A DNA stretch of 64,000 nucleotides from Amoebophrya sp. A120 (taxonomy: Eukaryota; Protista; Dinoflagellata), in the NCBI GenBank assembly GCA_905178155.1, contig CAJINV010000004.1, positions 2,122,391 through 2,186,390 on the forward strand, written 5' to 3'. How positions within the stretch are numbered: position 1 is the first letter of the stretch; each line of letters opens with the position of its first letter. Under the pieces are notes generated by a model, which did not search any database, was not told the DNA's origin, and worked only from the letters and a program-made list of their open reading frames with translations. Below are positions 36,692 to 47,500 of the stretch, in pieces. A program made the translations under genes and the position numbers.

Positions 36692-37756
36692 CTGTGGCGA
36701 ATTCTTCTGACGCATCGTTCTTGCGGGCTCTGTAGCGTGCTAGCGTTAGAAAGTAGAAACAGAGGGCGCCAGGAGGAGAGAGGAAGAGAGGAACTACTTG
36801 AGAAAAGTCAGAGGGTCGATGGTAGTCGATCGGAGGAATCAAAGGAATTCGCTTAATGTGTTGAAGCGGGACAATTCTGGAGCAGGAGCGCTTTTCTTCG
36901 GTAGGTTCGTGCTATGAGTTTGGTCGAGCGAATCGACCAGGGTTCTACCTGTCTGGCTCCTATCGTCGGAGCGTGTTCTTCGGAAGAAGAAACAGTGCAG
37001 ATGTTTCTTCGGACGATAGGAGAGACGGGTGGTGAAGAACTCGCGTGCACGGGGATCCTCGACCGATACACGACGGAAATACGATGGACGCACAACGGAA
37101 CTCGTTTGATGCAACTACGCACAAGGCGGTGCTGACGCACGAGGGCGGAGTACGTCTTAGACGTGAGTGTAGGTTGTTTTTATGTACTTTACGCAACGGA
37201 CAACGCATAGGTAGCCCGTGCAAACTTTTCCTTTCCTAAAGCGTTTGGTTTGCAACAAGAAATCACCACGGAACGACGTCGGTGTAAGTACGGAAGGTCC
37301 ACGCACGCTCTGATCGTACAAAAAGCATAGACGCGTGCCCTCAGGTCGTGTTTTCAGTGCAATAACCGCTCGAACAGGAAGAGAAAGCAGCCTGAAGTAC
37401 AGATAAAAAACGCCATGTACAGTACTGAAGAAAACGCTTCGAAAAAGGACGAAACCCGGAACAACTATAAAAGCACAGCCGTTCTCGCCGTCGCACGCGC
37501 TCAAAGATCTCAAATGTAGTGCTAAAGTGCTCAAATGTACCCGACGAAAAGATGCGAAAGATGAACACCTACAGAACTGCTCTGGAAGTCCCTCAAAGCA
37601 CTAAATTCTTAGTGAAGTCCCGCTTTTTCACGATAGAAATGCTCTAAAAGCGCAAGAATGGGTAAAAAAGTACTAAAGTGTAGCGGTCAAATATGTGAAT
37701 GAGTCTAACGTGCACTGCGCAGCAACCAAGGCACTAAAAATCCCCTCAAAAAGCAC

Positions 37757-40153
37757 CTACTCAGTGCGGCCTCGTGTTGCAGGATTGTATTTGCCAAGTA
37801 AATATCTCGTAGCCCCGTCCTGCTGCACGAGAGCCGCACTCCAGAATTCCGCCTTCCACTGGTTGAACTGCACGCGCCACCCCTCGTCGCACCCGTACTT
37901 AAAATTGTCGCACAACTCCACGATGGACTCCAACCGCTGCGCTGCAATCTCGAAATGCGGTACCTCGTTCTCCTGGGGCACATCATCATGATCGTGGTAT
38001 GCAAGCACAGCGCCATTTTCCACCGAAACTCGGAACGAGTACCCCATCAGCATGATCTGGCTTGGTGGTGGTCTTTCGATGAACGTAGCCTGTACCTCGG
38101 GAAGTTCCGACAAATCAGTCCATGAAGGGAGGTCTGAAAGTTGTACTGCGGGGGTCGGGAGTGGTGTAAGCTGGCAAGCCCACTGTACGAACTTTTGTTG
38201 CTTGAGTGCCATGTGCACGGTCTGGGCACGGAGTTGTTCTTTCATCTGTCGCACGAGGGAGTACTCATCGAATAACTTGTATCTAGTGCTCCGGTACTGC
38301 ATTTCTAGCGACCGCACTATTTGGTCGAACGAAGAGACCAGCGATTGCTCGAGTCCCCGCACGCGATCACTCTGTATGGTGAAGGTTCGCATTTGTGCCT
38401 GCAAGTTATGCTCCCTACGCGCAATATCATCTCGTTGTACTTGTAGTCGTTGCTCTGCAATATCCGATGCCAACGCACGCGCCGCACGGTCAGCCAGACG
38501 ATCCCTCTGCAGCTGGGCCCGATGTCGCCGCACCGATTCGCGTCCTCGCTCCACATCCCGCATGAACTTTGTCTTCATGATTTGTTTCTTGGTGGACCGC
38601 CCCTTGCGCAGCCGGCTGCGATCCCGCTGCAACCTCCGCTCCTGCTGCTTTAAATGCGTTTCTCGTGCATCTAATTCAACCGTCCGCACCCGTAGCGCGT
38701 CCGTTTGTTCCGCAACAAGTGCTTCCCGCGCAGCAAGTTCAGACCCCCTCCCTGCAAGAGAGTTCTCCCGCGAAGAAACCGCCTGCTCTCGTGAAGAAAT
38801 ATCACTCTGCATCGCACTCGCAATCTGGAACTGCTTATCCGAATCCGCGAACTGCGCATTAGCTGCACGCATCGCCGTGTTCGCCAAGTGCACCTGATTC
38901 TCGCAGAATTCTGCAAGCCCCTCATTCGGCACGGTGAGCATTTGCTCCACGATGCGGACGCGTCGATCCTTGCTTGCAAGAGAGTCCCGCAACTGCTGAT
39001 TTTCTGAAGCAAGTGTCTTGGGGCTCTTGGAACTCGAAACTGCCGTGCTAATAGCGCCCGCACCTGGGCGGAGGATGTTCTGATGCACACCGTCAGACCC
39101 ACTCTTCAGCATGCCTGCGCCCCGATTTGCGGCGGCATCGAGGACCCGCACAAGCGCTGCAGCTTTCAAAGGATCCATCCTGAGCCCCGGGTTTGCCCTG
39201 GTAGTCGCGCGAACCGAACTCGTAGCTGCACCACCCGCTTGCGGGACCGAGGTTCCCGCCAAAAAATCGTTGATGGACCCGTCCCGGTGAATGAAGTCGA
39301 AGAAAGGGATGCTTGCACTAGGGAACTCCCGCGCAAACTGCTCTGCAACCTCCGTTTGCAAACCCGTAGCAAGAGGCTCGTACACCGCGCGGTTAGCTTG
39401 GGGGAACTCCGTCATGCCCTGCACACGTGGGATAAAGGGGACGGGAAGGAAACACGTGTTGTACTCGAGAGCGAGAAGCGTACGGATTTCACCTATCTTG
39501 CGATCGATGAACGTCTCGATATTCTCGTCGAAACCCATCTGGGTGCAGGAGAGCCCCATCATTGCTCGGGTGGCACACTTAAGTGCAAACTCCACCGCAG
39601 AACGCGTAGAAAACCGATTGCCGCACAGCGCCGATAGCTTGCCCGCTGTTGCAGCTCCCTCTTCGATGAACACTCGCGGTGAGAGCACTCTCCCAACGGG
39701 TGCGTCGAGAGCCGTCCGCACGAAATCAATCAAGGAGCACTTTTCGTTCCTGTTGAGTAGTTTTGTACTCCGCAAGTCGTTGTGCAATTTGTTGATCTTG
39801 CCGAGGAGTACATACCTTGCAGGAATGACCGTCTCCATCCGCAGCACTGGTCCCAGCATTTTCAACAATGCATATGGTTGCGTGCCAGGGCCGCAAGCAA
39901 AATGCACCGCAAGCCGATCAACCGCTGCAATCGGGTCCACCTGCTCTACTGCATCAGGGACGGGGAGGTCGATTCCTGCACGCACCTCATCTTGCGCAGC
40001 GGGATCGTGCTGGTGCACACCACGCGCTGGAACATGATCATCGCGAGCACCATCGGTAGAACCGCCCGTGCTACTGGCGCCATCGTCCTCACTCGCACCG
40101 TCGTGTGCCCCCGCGGTGGTGGTAGGAGAACCACTAGGTTGTACTTTACTCAT
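37757..40153 (-). CDS. Element accessory ORF, about 798 aa, with a long coiled-coil region
   Basis: Uninterrupted ORF; ATG at 40153 (MSKVQPSG) directly after a poly-T/AG; coiled-coil-like R/E/Q/L-rich segment in the C-terminal half. Confidence 0.75.
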   Translation of the reverse strand: MSKVQPSGSPTTTAGAHDGASEDDGASSTGGSTDGARDDHVPARGVHQHDPAAQDEVRAGIDLPVPDAVEQVDPIAAVDRLAVHFACGPGTQPYALLKMLGPVLRMETVIPARYVLLGKINKLHNDLRSTKLLNRNEKCSLIDFVRTALDAPVGRVLSPRVFIEEGAATAGKLSALCGNRFSTRSAVEFALKCATRAMMGLSCTQMGFDENIETFIDRKIGEIRTLLALEYNTCFLPVPFIPRVQGMTEFPQANRAVYEPLATGLQTEVAEQFAREFPSASIPFFDFIHRDGSINDFLAGTSVPQAGGAATSSVRATTRANPGLRMDPLKAAALVRVLDAAANRGAGMLKSGSDGVHQNILRPGAGAISTAVSSSKSPKTLASENQQLRDSLASKDRRVRIVEQMLTVPNEGLAEFCENQVHLANTAMRAANAQFADSDKQFQIASAMQSDISSREQAVSSRENSLAGRGSELAAREALVAEQTDALRVRTVELDARETHLKQQERRLQRDRSRLRKGRSTKKQIMKTKFMRDVERGRESVRRHRAQLQRDRLADRAARALASDIAEQRLQVQRDDIARREHNLQAQMRTFTIQSDRVRGLEQSLVSSFDQIVRSLEMQYRSTRYKLFDEYSLVRQMKEQLRAQTVHMALKQQKFVQWACQLTPLPTPAVQLSDLPSWTDLSELPEVQATFIERPPPSQIMLMGYSFRVSVENGAVLAYHDHDDVPQENEVPHFEIAAQRLESIVELCDNFKYGCDEGWRVQFNQWKAEFWSAALVQQDGATRYLLGKYNPATRGRTE

Positions 40154-40231
40154 GGCTCGGAGCACAGAAAAAATGTAAATAAAAGTGCGCACGCAATAGC
40201 ACCGAAAAAAGGATGAAGACCTTAGCGCCGA

Positions 40232-40453
40232 TTATTTCATTGAAAAGCTGTGCAAGGCGAAATCTATTTGCTTCTGCGACAAGGTGCACAAGAGCGTCAA
40301 AACGGACTGTTCCAGGTGTGAGCGTTGTTCTAGGCTAAGTGGTCGTGAAGAAAGCATAAACGCATCGGCCGCAAAGCGGTAAAAGTCGTCAGTACTAGCG
40401 AAGTAGCGCGTCCGAGTGACGTGTTGGCACCACCGTGCAAAGCGGGAGTCCAT
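40232..40453 (-). CDS. Small accessory ORF (73 aa)
   Basis: MDSRFARWCQ...; preceded by tttttttgtgtgcacAG. Confidence 0.35.
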   Translation of the reverse strand: MDSRFARWCQHVTRTRYFASTDDFYRFAADAFMLSSRPLSLEQRSHLEQSVLTLLCTLSQKQIDFALHSFSMK

Positions 40454-40490
40454 TGTATCGCTGTGCACACAAAAAAATGGCAAGTCTTGT

Positions 40491-40548
40491 ACTCTAGGTC
40501 GCGAGCGAAAGCGTGCTACACTCTAGGTCGCGAACGAAAGCGTACTAC
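40491..40548. repeat. 29-bp tandem duplication
   Basis: actctaggtcgcgagcgaaagcgtgctac / actctaggtcgcgaacgaaagcgtactac. Confidence 0.8.
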
Positions 40549-41904
40549 TGCCGAGAGATAGCACTAGAAGTGTCGCATGGGTGCGTTGCGAGCATTGCAC
40601 TAAGATAGATCCTGAAGCACAAACGAGGGACGCGACGTACAATTTTATCGTGGGAAATGCAACGAATACGCGGTGCAGATATCAGGACTGAAATTGTTTA
40701 CGTGCTAGTGCTAGTGTCTGCACCTCATCCCACCACGCAGCAGTCATTACCTGAAAGTGCGCATGGTAGGGATAGCCGAAAACGGATAAAGTGCAGTGCA
40801 ATTAGTATAACCCTCCGCAAATTACGCGTGTGCTGGTGGTAAAGCACCTTCGCAGAAACCGGGGGTGGAGATGTACAAGTATGTAGTGCGGTAGTGTTGA
40901 AGATTGGATGCGTGCAATAAATTTGTAATGGTGCTTTCGATGTTGCAGGAACAGTGATGCCACGAAAATAACTTGCTTTCGGTAGCACTACTGGTGGGGA
41001 GGTTGTAGTAGGTGCACCTGCGTTTTGCTCTGCCCTAAATGCATACACGATCGGTGCACAGATTCATGCATAAGCACCGCGCGGTGCGATATTAGGGGTA
41101 GGTGTGCCGTGTGGTCCAAAGTGCAGGCTGGAGATATAGAGTGCATTATTTATGTGCGCATTTGCGAAGCCATGGGGTCAGCTGTAGTGGGCCGCACCCC
41201 GTGTAGCAATTGCAACTTAATATTCCTACCACGAGCGCCAAAAAGAGCACGAAGCAAGCTTTTATGGAACGAAGTGGAGGCAGAAGTGTAGTAACGTCCT
41301 GGAAAAAAAGTGCAAGTACTATACAGAAAGCATTTTTATGTAGTTATATCCGCGCCCTTCTCGTGAACGCATCCTCGTGCTTTTTCTTTTGTAAGTACCG
41401 ATGGCACTCACGCAGGGTCCACCGCATGAGGCCAAGGGCAAAAATAGGAAAACCTCTATTGAAAATACATTAACGAAAAGCAACGAAATCACATACGAAG
41501 CGAAACACTGAAGTAGAACGCGCACAGAAAAGTACCTTGAGGAAGCTACAACATACGCATGTGGAACTCAGCACCTATGGTCGGAAAAAAAACGCGTAAA
41601 TGCACTCCGAAGTGCCGCGTTTGTGTGAAAAAAAATATTTCATTTTCTTGTACTACGTGCCTGTAGCAATTTCTGTGTACTTCAAAAAGTTCCGTTGAAA
41701 AATACGAGGCACATGTCCTTTCACGAAAATGAAGTCAAGCGCATCTCTATATTTCGTAAAGTGCAGTGCACAGAAAAAATTGCCATGTATTTACCCTGTG
41801 AAGTGCAATTCCTGTTGGTGTACTAGAAAAGGCTTCAAAAAGCACGTATTCCTGTATGCTCACCCGCAAGAACTAACGCAACTCCACGTGCACTAGGTGC
41901 GCAT

Positions 41905-43059
41905 CTATTCCTCCACCGCACGCGCCCTCTTTGCAGTTTCATCTGCTGCAGCACGGGCACGAAGCGTACCGTCCGAAACCTCCATGGTGAACCCCGGCGG
42001 CAAGCCCCAAACCGGCTGCACCACATCCAGGTCCGGGTGCAAGGGGTTCTTCTTTGGACCAACCGAAACTTCGGTGAAGAGGTCGTCCGTGAACTCCTGC
42101 TCCTCCTGGACCGGTGCACTCACGGTTTCCGCCGCATCCGTCAATGCACTCGCAGCGGGCATCTCCGGGTGATCCCGTGCAAAATTTGCATCCGGAGTCA
42201 GCACGTGGGCATGTGCATCTCGATGCAGGTTGGTGCGCTGGTAGAAGTAGAACTGATCGAATGCACCCTTGATCGGCAGCTTGGGGTTGAAAATCGGGAC
42301 TGCACTGTTGCCCACCTGCACCCTCCTGTTGAAGATAAGGTCGAATGCAGGATGCGACGGCGCCGTTGCATTGTAAAAATCCGTACTGACCACGTTCACG
42401 CACCGGGGTGTTGCAGTTCGGTGGAAATACGATGACCCCGTCGTGCAACAGAACGTCACCGGTGTACGCACCTTCATCGTATCTCCTGCATTGTCGGTGC
42501 AGTATGTTCCAAAGCACGGAAATTTTGCATTAATGCAGTTGGCTTGCACATGAAAGTGACTACCAGCGCCCTCATATGCACAGACTTTCTCCCTGATTTG
42601 ATGGAAATGCAGGGCTGCTTTGGACACACGCACCCAGTGCGTACCGAACTTGCAGTTGAAGACCTGGATGAAGCCGTGCAGCACCACTTGGTCGCGCAGG
42701 TCCGGCGAGTACCCTTTCTCCTTGTAGTAGTGCATGTTGCAGAACGCGTCCGTGAAGTCCTCACCGAAATCGTACATCTTGTACACCTCACTGCCGACGG
42801 TCTCGATGAGCTCATTGGTGTCCATAAGGGTGAACCCACCTTGTTCTTTCGCGCACTTGAGGACGGCGTCCTGCAATTCCTTGGGCAAGTCGTCCCATGG
42901 GCACTCCTTGAACCGCCTCAGCCACTGCACCAGCAGGCTGTCACAGCACCTCCGGGACGACTCCGCTGAAGTAGACTGCGTGCTTGCAGGTGCAGCAACA
43001 GGGCCTTGCGCCGATGAAGAACGCTTCATGGAGCCCCCGGTCTTGGCGGTACTGGCCAT
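41905..43059 (-). CDS. Element accessory ORF, 384 aa, unknown function
   Basis: Protein-like part of the listed 888-aa ORF, starting at MASTAKTGG (ATG 43059). Confidence 0.65.
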   Translation of the reverse strand: MASTAKTGGSMKRSSSAQGPVAAPASTQSTSAESSRRCCDSLLVQWLRRFKECPWDDLPKELQDAVLKCAKEQGGFTLMDTNELIETVGSEVYKMYDFGEDFTDAFCNMHYYKEKGYSPDLRDQVVLHGFIQVFNCKFGTHWVRVSKAALHFHQIREKVCAYEGAGSHFHVQANCINAKFPCFGTYCTDNAGDTMKVRTPVTFCCTTGSSYFHRTATPRCVNVVSTDFYNATAPSHPAFDLIFNRRVQVGNSAVPIFNPKLPIKGAFDQFYFYQRTNLHRDAHAHVLTPDANFARDHPEMPAASALTDAAETVSAPVQEEQEFTDDLFTEVSVGPKKNPLHPDLDVVQPVWGLPPGFTMEVSDGTLRARAAADETAKRARAVEE

Positions 43060-43441
43060 TGTAGCACGGTGCGAAGGATGTTGCAGGCACAAATGTTGTA
43101 AATTTTTTGTACTAGTCGTACAATTTTGTCGCTGCAGATGTGTTTGGAGATGCAATTCAGATGGAAGGAGGTATTGCAATACAGATGAAGGCGTGCATGA
43201 GGTTGCGATCAGAACTTCAAATCGTGTAGTACTGCAGGGGGAGCTCGCTTGCATTTTACGATTTCTGGATTGCGGATAGAACTGTTTCTGCTTGCGTCTG
43301 AATTTCTGGTGGAACGGCGCCTGATTGACACAGAATTTCTTGCAGAACTGGGGCTTCCTGGAGCAGAACTGTTTGCCACTGTGTTGGAACTGTTTTCTCT
43401 TGCTGCAGCCCGTGCAGAGGATCACTTCATGAACTTGCATT

Positions 43442-44293
43442 CTAATTGTGGAGGCGAAATTTATGGAATGCGCTCGCACAATCCACGGCTGATAGGGACT
43501 CGGACAAGCCAAGTACCCGCTGCTGCAACTCGACGTCCGTATTTGACATGATCGTTGCATTGCGCGTAATTTTCCTGGCACCCACGCAGTGGATGAAGAC
43601 AGGCCTCGCGTCATCATCGTCAAAGAGTGCAAACGCCGCGGCACGGTTGGTACGCCACATGGAAAACATGAGGTTATCGAGCTCGTGCCGCTGTTTGTGC
43701 GAACGCCCATCTCCCACGTGCGAGCCCATGCACCTGTTACCAAACAAGCAGCGGTGCAGCATGAAGTAGCAGCCGACTTCCTGGCGTCGGGTGGGTGCAA
43801 AGACAGATCGGATTGCGTCGGATGTGTAGTCGATGTCGTCGTACATCGGTGCCGTCCAAATGAGGTCCTGCTCCACGCGCAAATCCTCGCGGTCCAAAGA
43901 AGGCGCACAGAAGTCCCGCTCCTCAAGCCCATAGTGCGCATGGTGTGCCCATGTACGCAATGGTCGGACACGCGGCCAGAACTGGCGGTCGAACCAAACA
44001 CCCACCTGCCGCTCTCTTGATGCAGTAATTTGTGCTTGAAGGTGCGCCCAATACTGCAACGACCGGTGGTATGATGATCCCCTGCAGTAGGCCATCCCGA
44101 GCCGAGAAATGCGCATGTTGATAGCTGCGTCGCGTCTCGCACACTGGAGGGCGTATTCTCGCAGCAGGAACTGCCCCTGAGCGCATTTACCGGGTGTAGC
44201 TGCCAGGCGCCCCAGATTAGCGCCGTCCGCAAGATCCCGTGCAATAAGCACCTGGAGAATAGCTGCTTCGCAAAAAGCACCATGGTGTGACAT
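43442..44293 (-). CDS. Element accessory ORF, 283 aa, with a CCCH zinc finger
   Basis: CYFMLHRCLFGNRCMGSH = C-x6-C-x5-C-x3-H at 43718-43771; ATG at 44293 (MSHHGAF). Confidence 0.6.
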   Translation of the reverse strand: MSHHGAFCEAAILQVLIARDLADGANLGRLAATPGKCAQGQFLLREYALQCARRDAAINMRISRLGMAYCRGSSYHRSLQYWAHLQAQITASRERQVGVWFDRQFWPRVRPLRTWAHHAHYGLEERDFCAPSLDREDLRVEQDLIWTAPMYDDIDYTSDAIRSVFAPTRRQEVGCYFMLHRCLFGNRCMGSHVGDGRSHKQRHELDNLMFSMWRTNRAAAFALFDDDDARPVFIHCVGARKITRNATIMSNTDVELQQRVLGLSESLSAVDCASAFHKFRLHN

Positions 44294-44552
44294 GTCTGTA
44301 GTTGTGCTCGTGTGCAGTAGCAAATCTTGTACCGGTGCGATGAAGATGTGGTGTAGCATCCAGAGAGAAAAAGTTCAAGAGCATAACTCAAGTGAAAAGT
44401 CGCTGGTAGAAGTAATGCAGGAATTGACGTGGTATTGCTGGACGTGCTGGTTGAACTAGAACATACGAAGTGCAGCGAGTTGATCTGTCTCTGCCGTGCG
44501 CGCGAAAGTGCCGTGCTGCAAAAGTGCTGCGCACCGAGATCAAAATGTACTT

Positions 44553-47500
44553 CTAGTTGCGTCGCGCCCAAGCCCTTCGAAAAGGGTTCGGCACCCCATT
44601 AGCACGATCGGCCTTTGCCGCTGCAACGAGCTTCACAGCGAACTCTCTAATGGCGCTCGGTGATGAAAGAATTCCATTGAAGTGCGGGTATACTGCAAGA
44701 GGCCAGATGAGTGGCAAAATGCTCAACCCCAGCACTCCCCGGCGGCACACCGTAGTGATCGGCCCCATCCGCACGCCGAGCCACCGCGAAATCGTCACAT
44801 CCAGCTGCATCTTGTTGAACGCTTTCGCTATGTCATCAGACGTGTGCGCGCGGATGCCCGGCTTCATGAGAACGCCGATGATCTCCGATGGTCGGGACGC
44901 AATTGTTGCGATTTCAATCAAGCACTTATTCAGCGCTTGAAAGTTCGCGTACCCCCGCCCCAGAATTGTGTCGGAACGCGGAGCGCGCTTCCAGGGCACT
45001 ATACAGTTGAGAAGCCCGCGTTTTTCCACGTCGAGCACTTCCTGAATTCTATCTGCAAGATCCCGTTCTAGCAAGTAGCGACGCGGCACTGCCTCCCCCG
45101 GGGGCAAATCCTGCTGCTTCGGTGGCACTCCCGGAGACTTGGAATAATTCAAGCACTCCATGCCAATGAGCACCCTCTTCATAGGCTCAGATGGATGCCC
45201 CTCGCCGTAGTACACAGCGACACCGCCACTAACCTGCGAACAGTGGAGCGCTGCAAGTCCCCGCAAGTACGTGTCCAAAGGATCGTCGTCCTCGAGCTCC
45301 TTTGCAAGCGGGTCCGATCGCACGAGATCCTCGTCGATGTGGCGCACCATGCCACACGCAACCTCGAACGCAAACTGCGGTGTGCCGGGTGCAGCCGCAC
45401 TGCGGCGAGCCCACCACTTCATGTTCTCGGCGTGGAACTGCTCGAGCAAGTTGTACTCTTCTTTCGAAAGTTTGTGGTCCGCAGGAATATACTGGGAGAG
45501 CTCCGGCTTGTACCCAGAAGCCGCCCAGAGATGCCGAAGAATTCCCTTCGCAACGGCTTCGCCCGAAAGCACATCCGGACTCACATCCATAGTGAGCATC
45601 CCAGCGGCGCGGGCACGCCCGCGGGAAGGACCACGACCATCTTCAGCGACAATCTCGGCACGCTCCTGTTCCGCAAGCTTTGCCTTCTCCCGCTGCAACT
45701 CGCGTTCTGCCAAGCGCTCAAGTGCAGAAATTTCCGTGCGGACACTCCTGTCGCAAAGGATTGCTGCCTCTGCACTCAGAGCAGCGGTGTCCTCGCACAG
45801 CTGCGACGGTTGCTTGGTCGTGCGCACCTGTATGAACGCTAGATCCGGATCCTCCCTTGCAATGCGCCGAACCCCGAGGGTTTCCACCTCGAACACTGCA
45901 GAGAAATTGCGGTCGACTCGCTTTATGAAGATGCCTGCTCCGAGGAGATCACCCGCACCAAGAAGGCGAAAGCTTTGTGCTTTTCCTGCCGAAATCTCGA
46001 TGTGGACGAGATCACCGACCCGATACTGCGAAAGAGGAACAACCAGCCGGTGTCGCGACGCTGCCGCAAAGCGGTGCCAATCCAGTGCCGGGTCGTCAGC
46101 ATCGCCTCGAGAGGTACTCGCACCATCCGGGCGCACCTTTTTGGGGGTACTTTTCTTGCTGGCACCACGTGTTTTGGCGAAGCGCGGGAACCCACCCGAA
46201 AGCGCGTTCACATGCTGAGCATGCCCCTCCTCAGCCGGATCATCTTCCGCAGGGAAGACCTTCGAAGCAAACTTAGACACGAGAATCTGTTGCGTCACAG
46301 CATCCGGGTGCGATTTACTCTTGACGGGAACACGGTAGAGGTGGTACGGCAGCAGCGACATGCCGTACGAGTGGCGCCCCAAGTCGTAATTGCCAATCGT
46401 GATCGGCAAGTCGCCCGGCTGGTCCCCTGAACTCGGGAGAACGTACCCGCAAATAGGTGCCGACCGAAAAACTCTTCCTGTACGCGCGTCCGCAAGACCC
46501 ACCTGGAAAAGTATTACAACAGGATCTTTGTCCAGGTCCGACGCACCGGTGAACCCCTGGATTCGGTGCGGCCGCCACTTGCGGTTCGTACTGCCCGGAA
46601 CCACGCGAAGCCACCCCTTGGCCATCAGCGCCCGGCCGAACTCCGGGGAGATCACCGTTGTGATGAACTGCTGCGAGCTGCGCCAGAGCGAGCGTATGCG
46701 CCGTGGCCTCTTGTCCAACGGCACCGTCGGCCCCCCCGAACAGCCGCTGTCCGCTAAGGCAAGAGAAATGTCCTCGTTTGGAATGTCGCTCTCGCCGCAC
46801 TCTCCCTCAGGCGGGCTATACCGGACAGGCCCCTCGACCACTGCCACGGCGTGGGTGTCAGTGCAGAACTGGTGTCGCCCATCGAGTTTGGGATCTGCAT
46901 CGGCATTTTTTGCATGGCTCTTACCTAGCCAATGGTCGTCCGCAGCCGATGCAGCCATCTTATCCTCAGGACACGTCGGGAAAAGATCGTGGAGCTCGCT
47001 CGCAAAAAGCACATGGCCATCTGCGTCTACACTCTGGGGTGGGTACGACTCCTCCGGTGCAACCGGAGCTGTAGGAACCTTGCAGCCGGAAGCGTCTGAC
47101 GGTACTGTAGCTACGTCTGGTCGGATGGGCGCGCACGTACTGCGTTTAAAATTCGCGTGTGGTACGAACTCCACCTTTGAGCCAATACTGGGCGTTGCTG
47201 CAAATCCTGGCACCCGTAACGGTGAACCGAGGTCAACCATTCGCACCGACGGGCATGGCTCGAGAGGAAGAAGTTGCACATAATCTTCGCCGTAGTGCAT
47301 CTCGCTGTACTTCGCAGATATATCTGCTTCGAGCGAAAGGAGTGCATCGTCCACATCCGCCCAGCAGCGCCCCCGTGGTCGCACAGCCGTGCGGTGCCGG
47401 TCGTGATCCGAAGTAAGGAATGAGCTGCGAATCTCGCTACAAGTGGATCGCACCTTGAACATGGTTTCCATGCGGTCCACGAACTCCCCGCCATGGGTGT

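Noticed and set aside
36760-37240. PBS (tggcgccc, minus strand about 36764-36771) and PPT (aggaaagggaaaag, minus strand about 37224-37237) defining an LTR
   Set aside because: The matches are short, a PBS at the 3' end is misplaced, and no second LTR copy lies in the window for testing.
43830-43850. MYDD in the 283-aa ORF (TAPMYDDIDY) as RT motif C
   Set aside because: No downstream RT motifs D/E, thumb or RNase H context, unlike the MYDD at 52791.
41905-44571. The 888-aa ORF as the frameshifted continuation of the RT
   Set aside because: Its first 500 or so aa contain no YxDD, thumb or RNase H motifs and overlap a better ORF (43442-44293). The missing RT half is upstream in ORF3.
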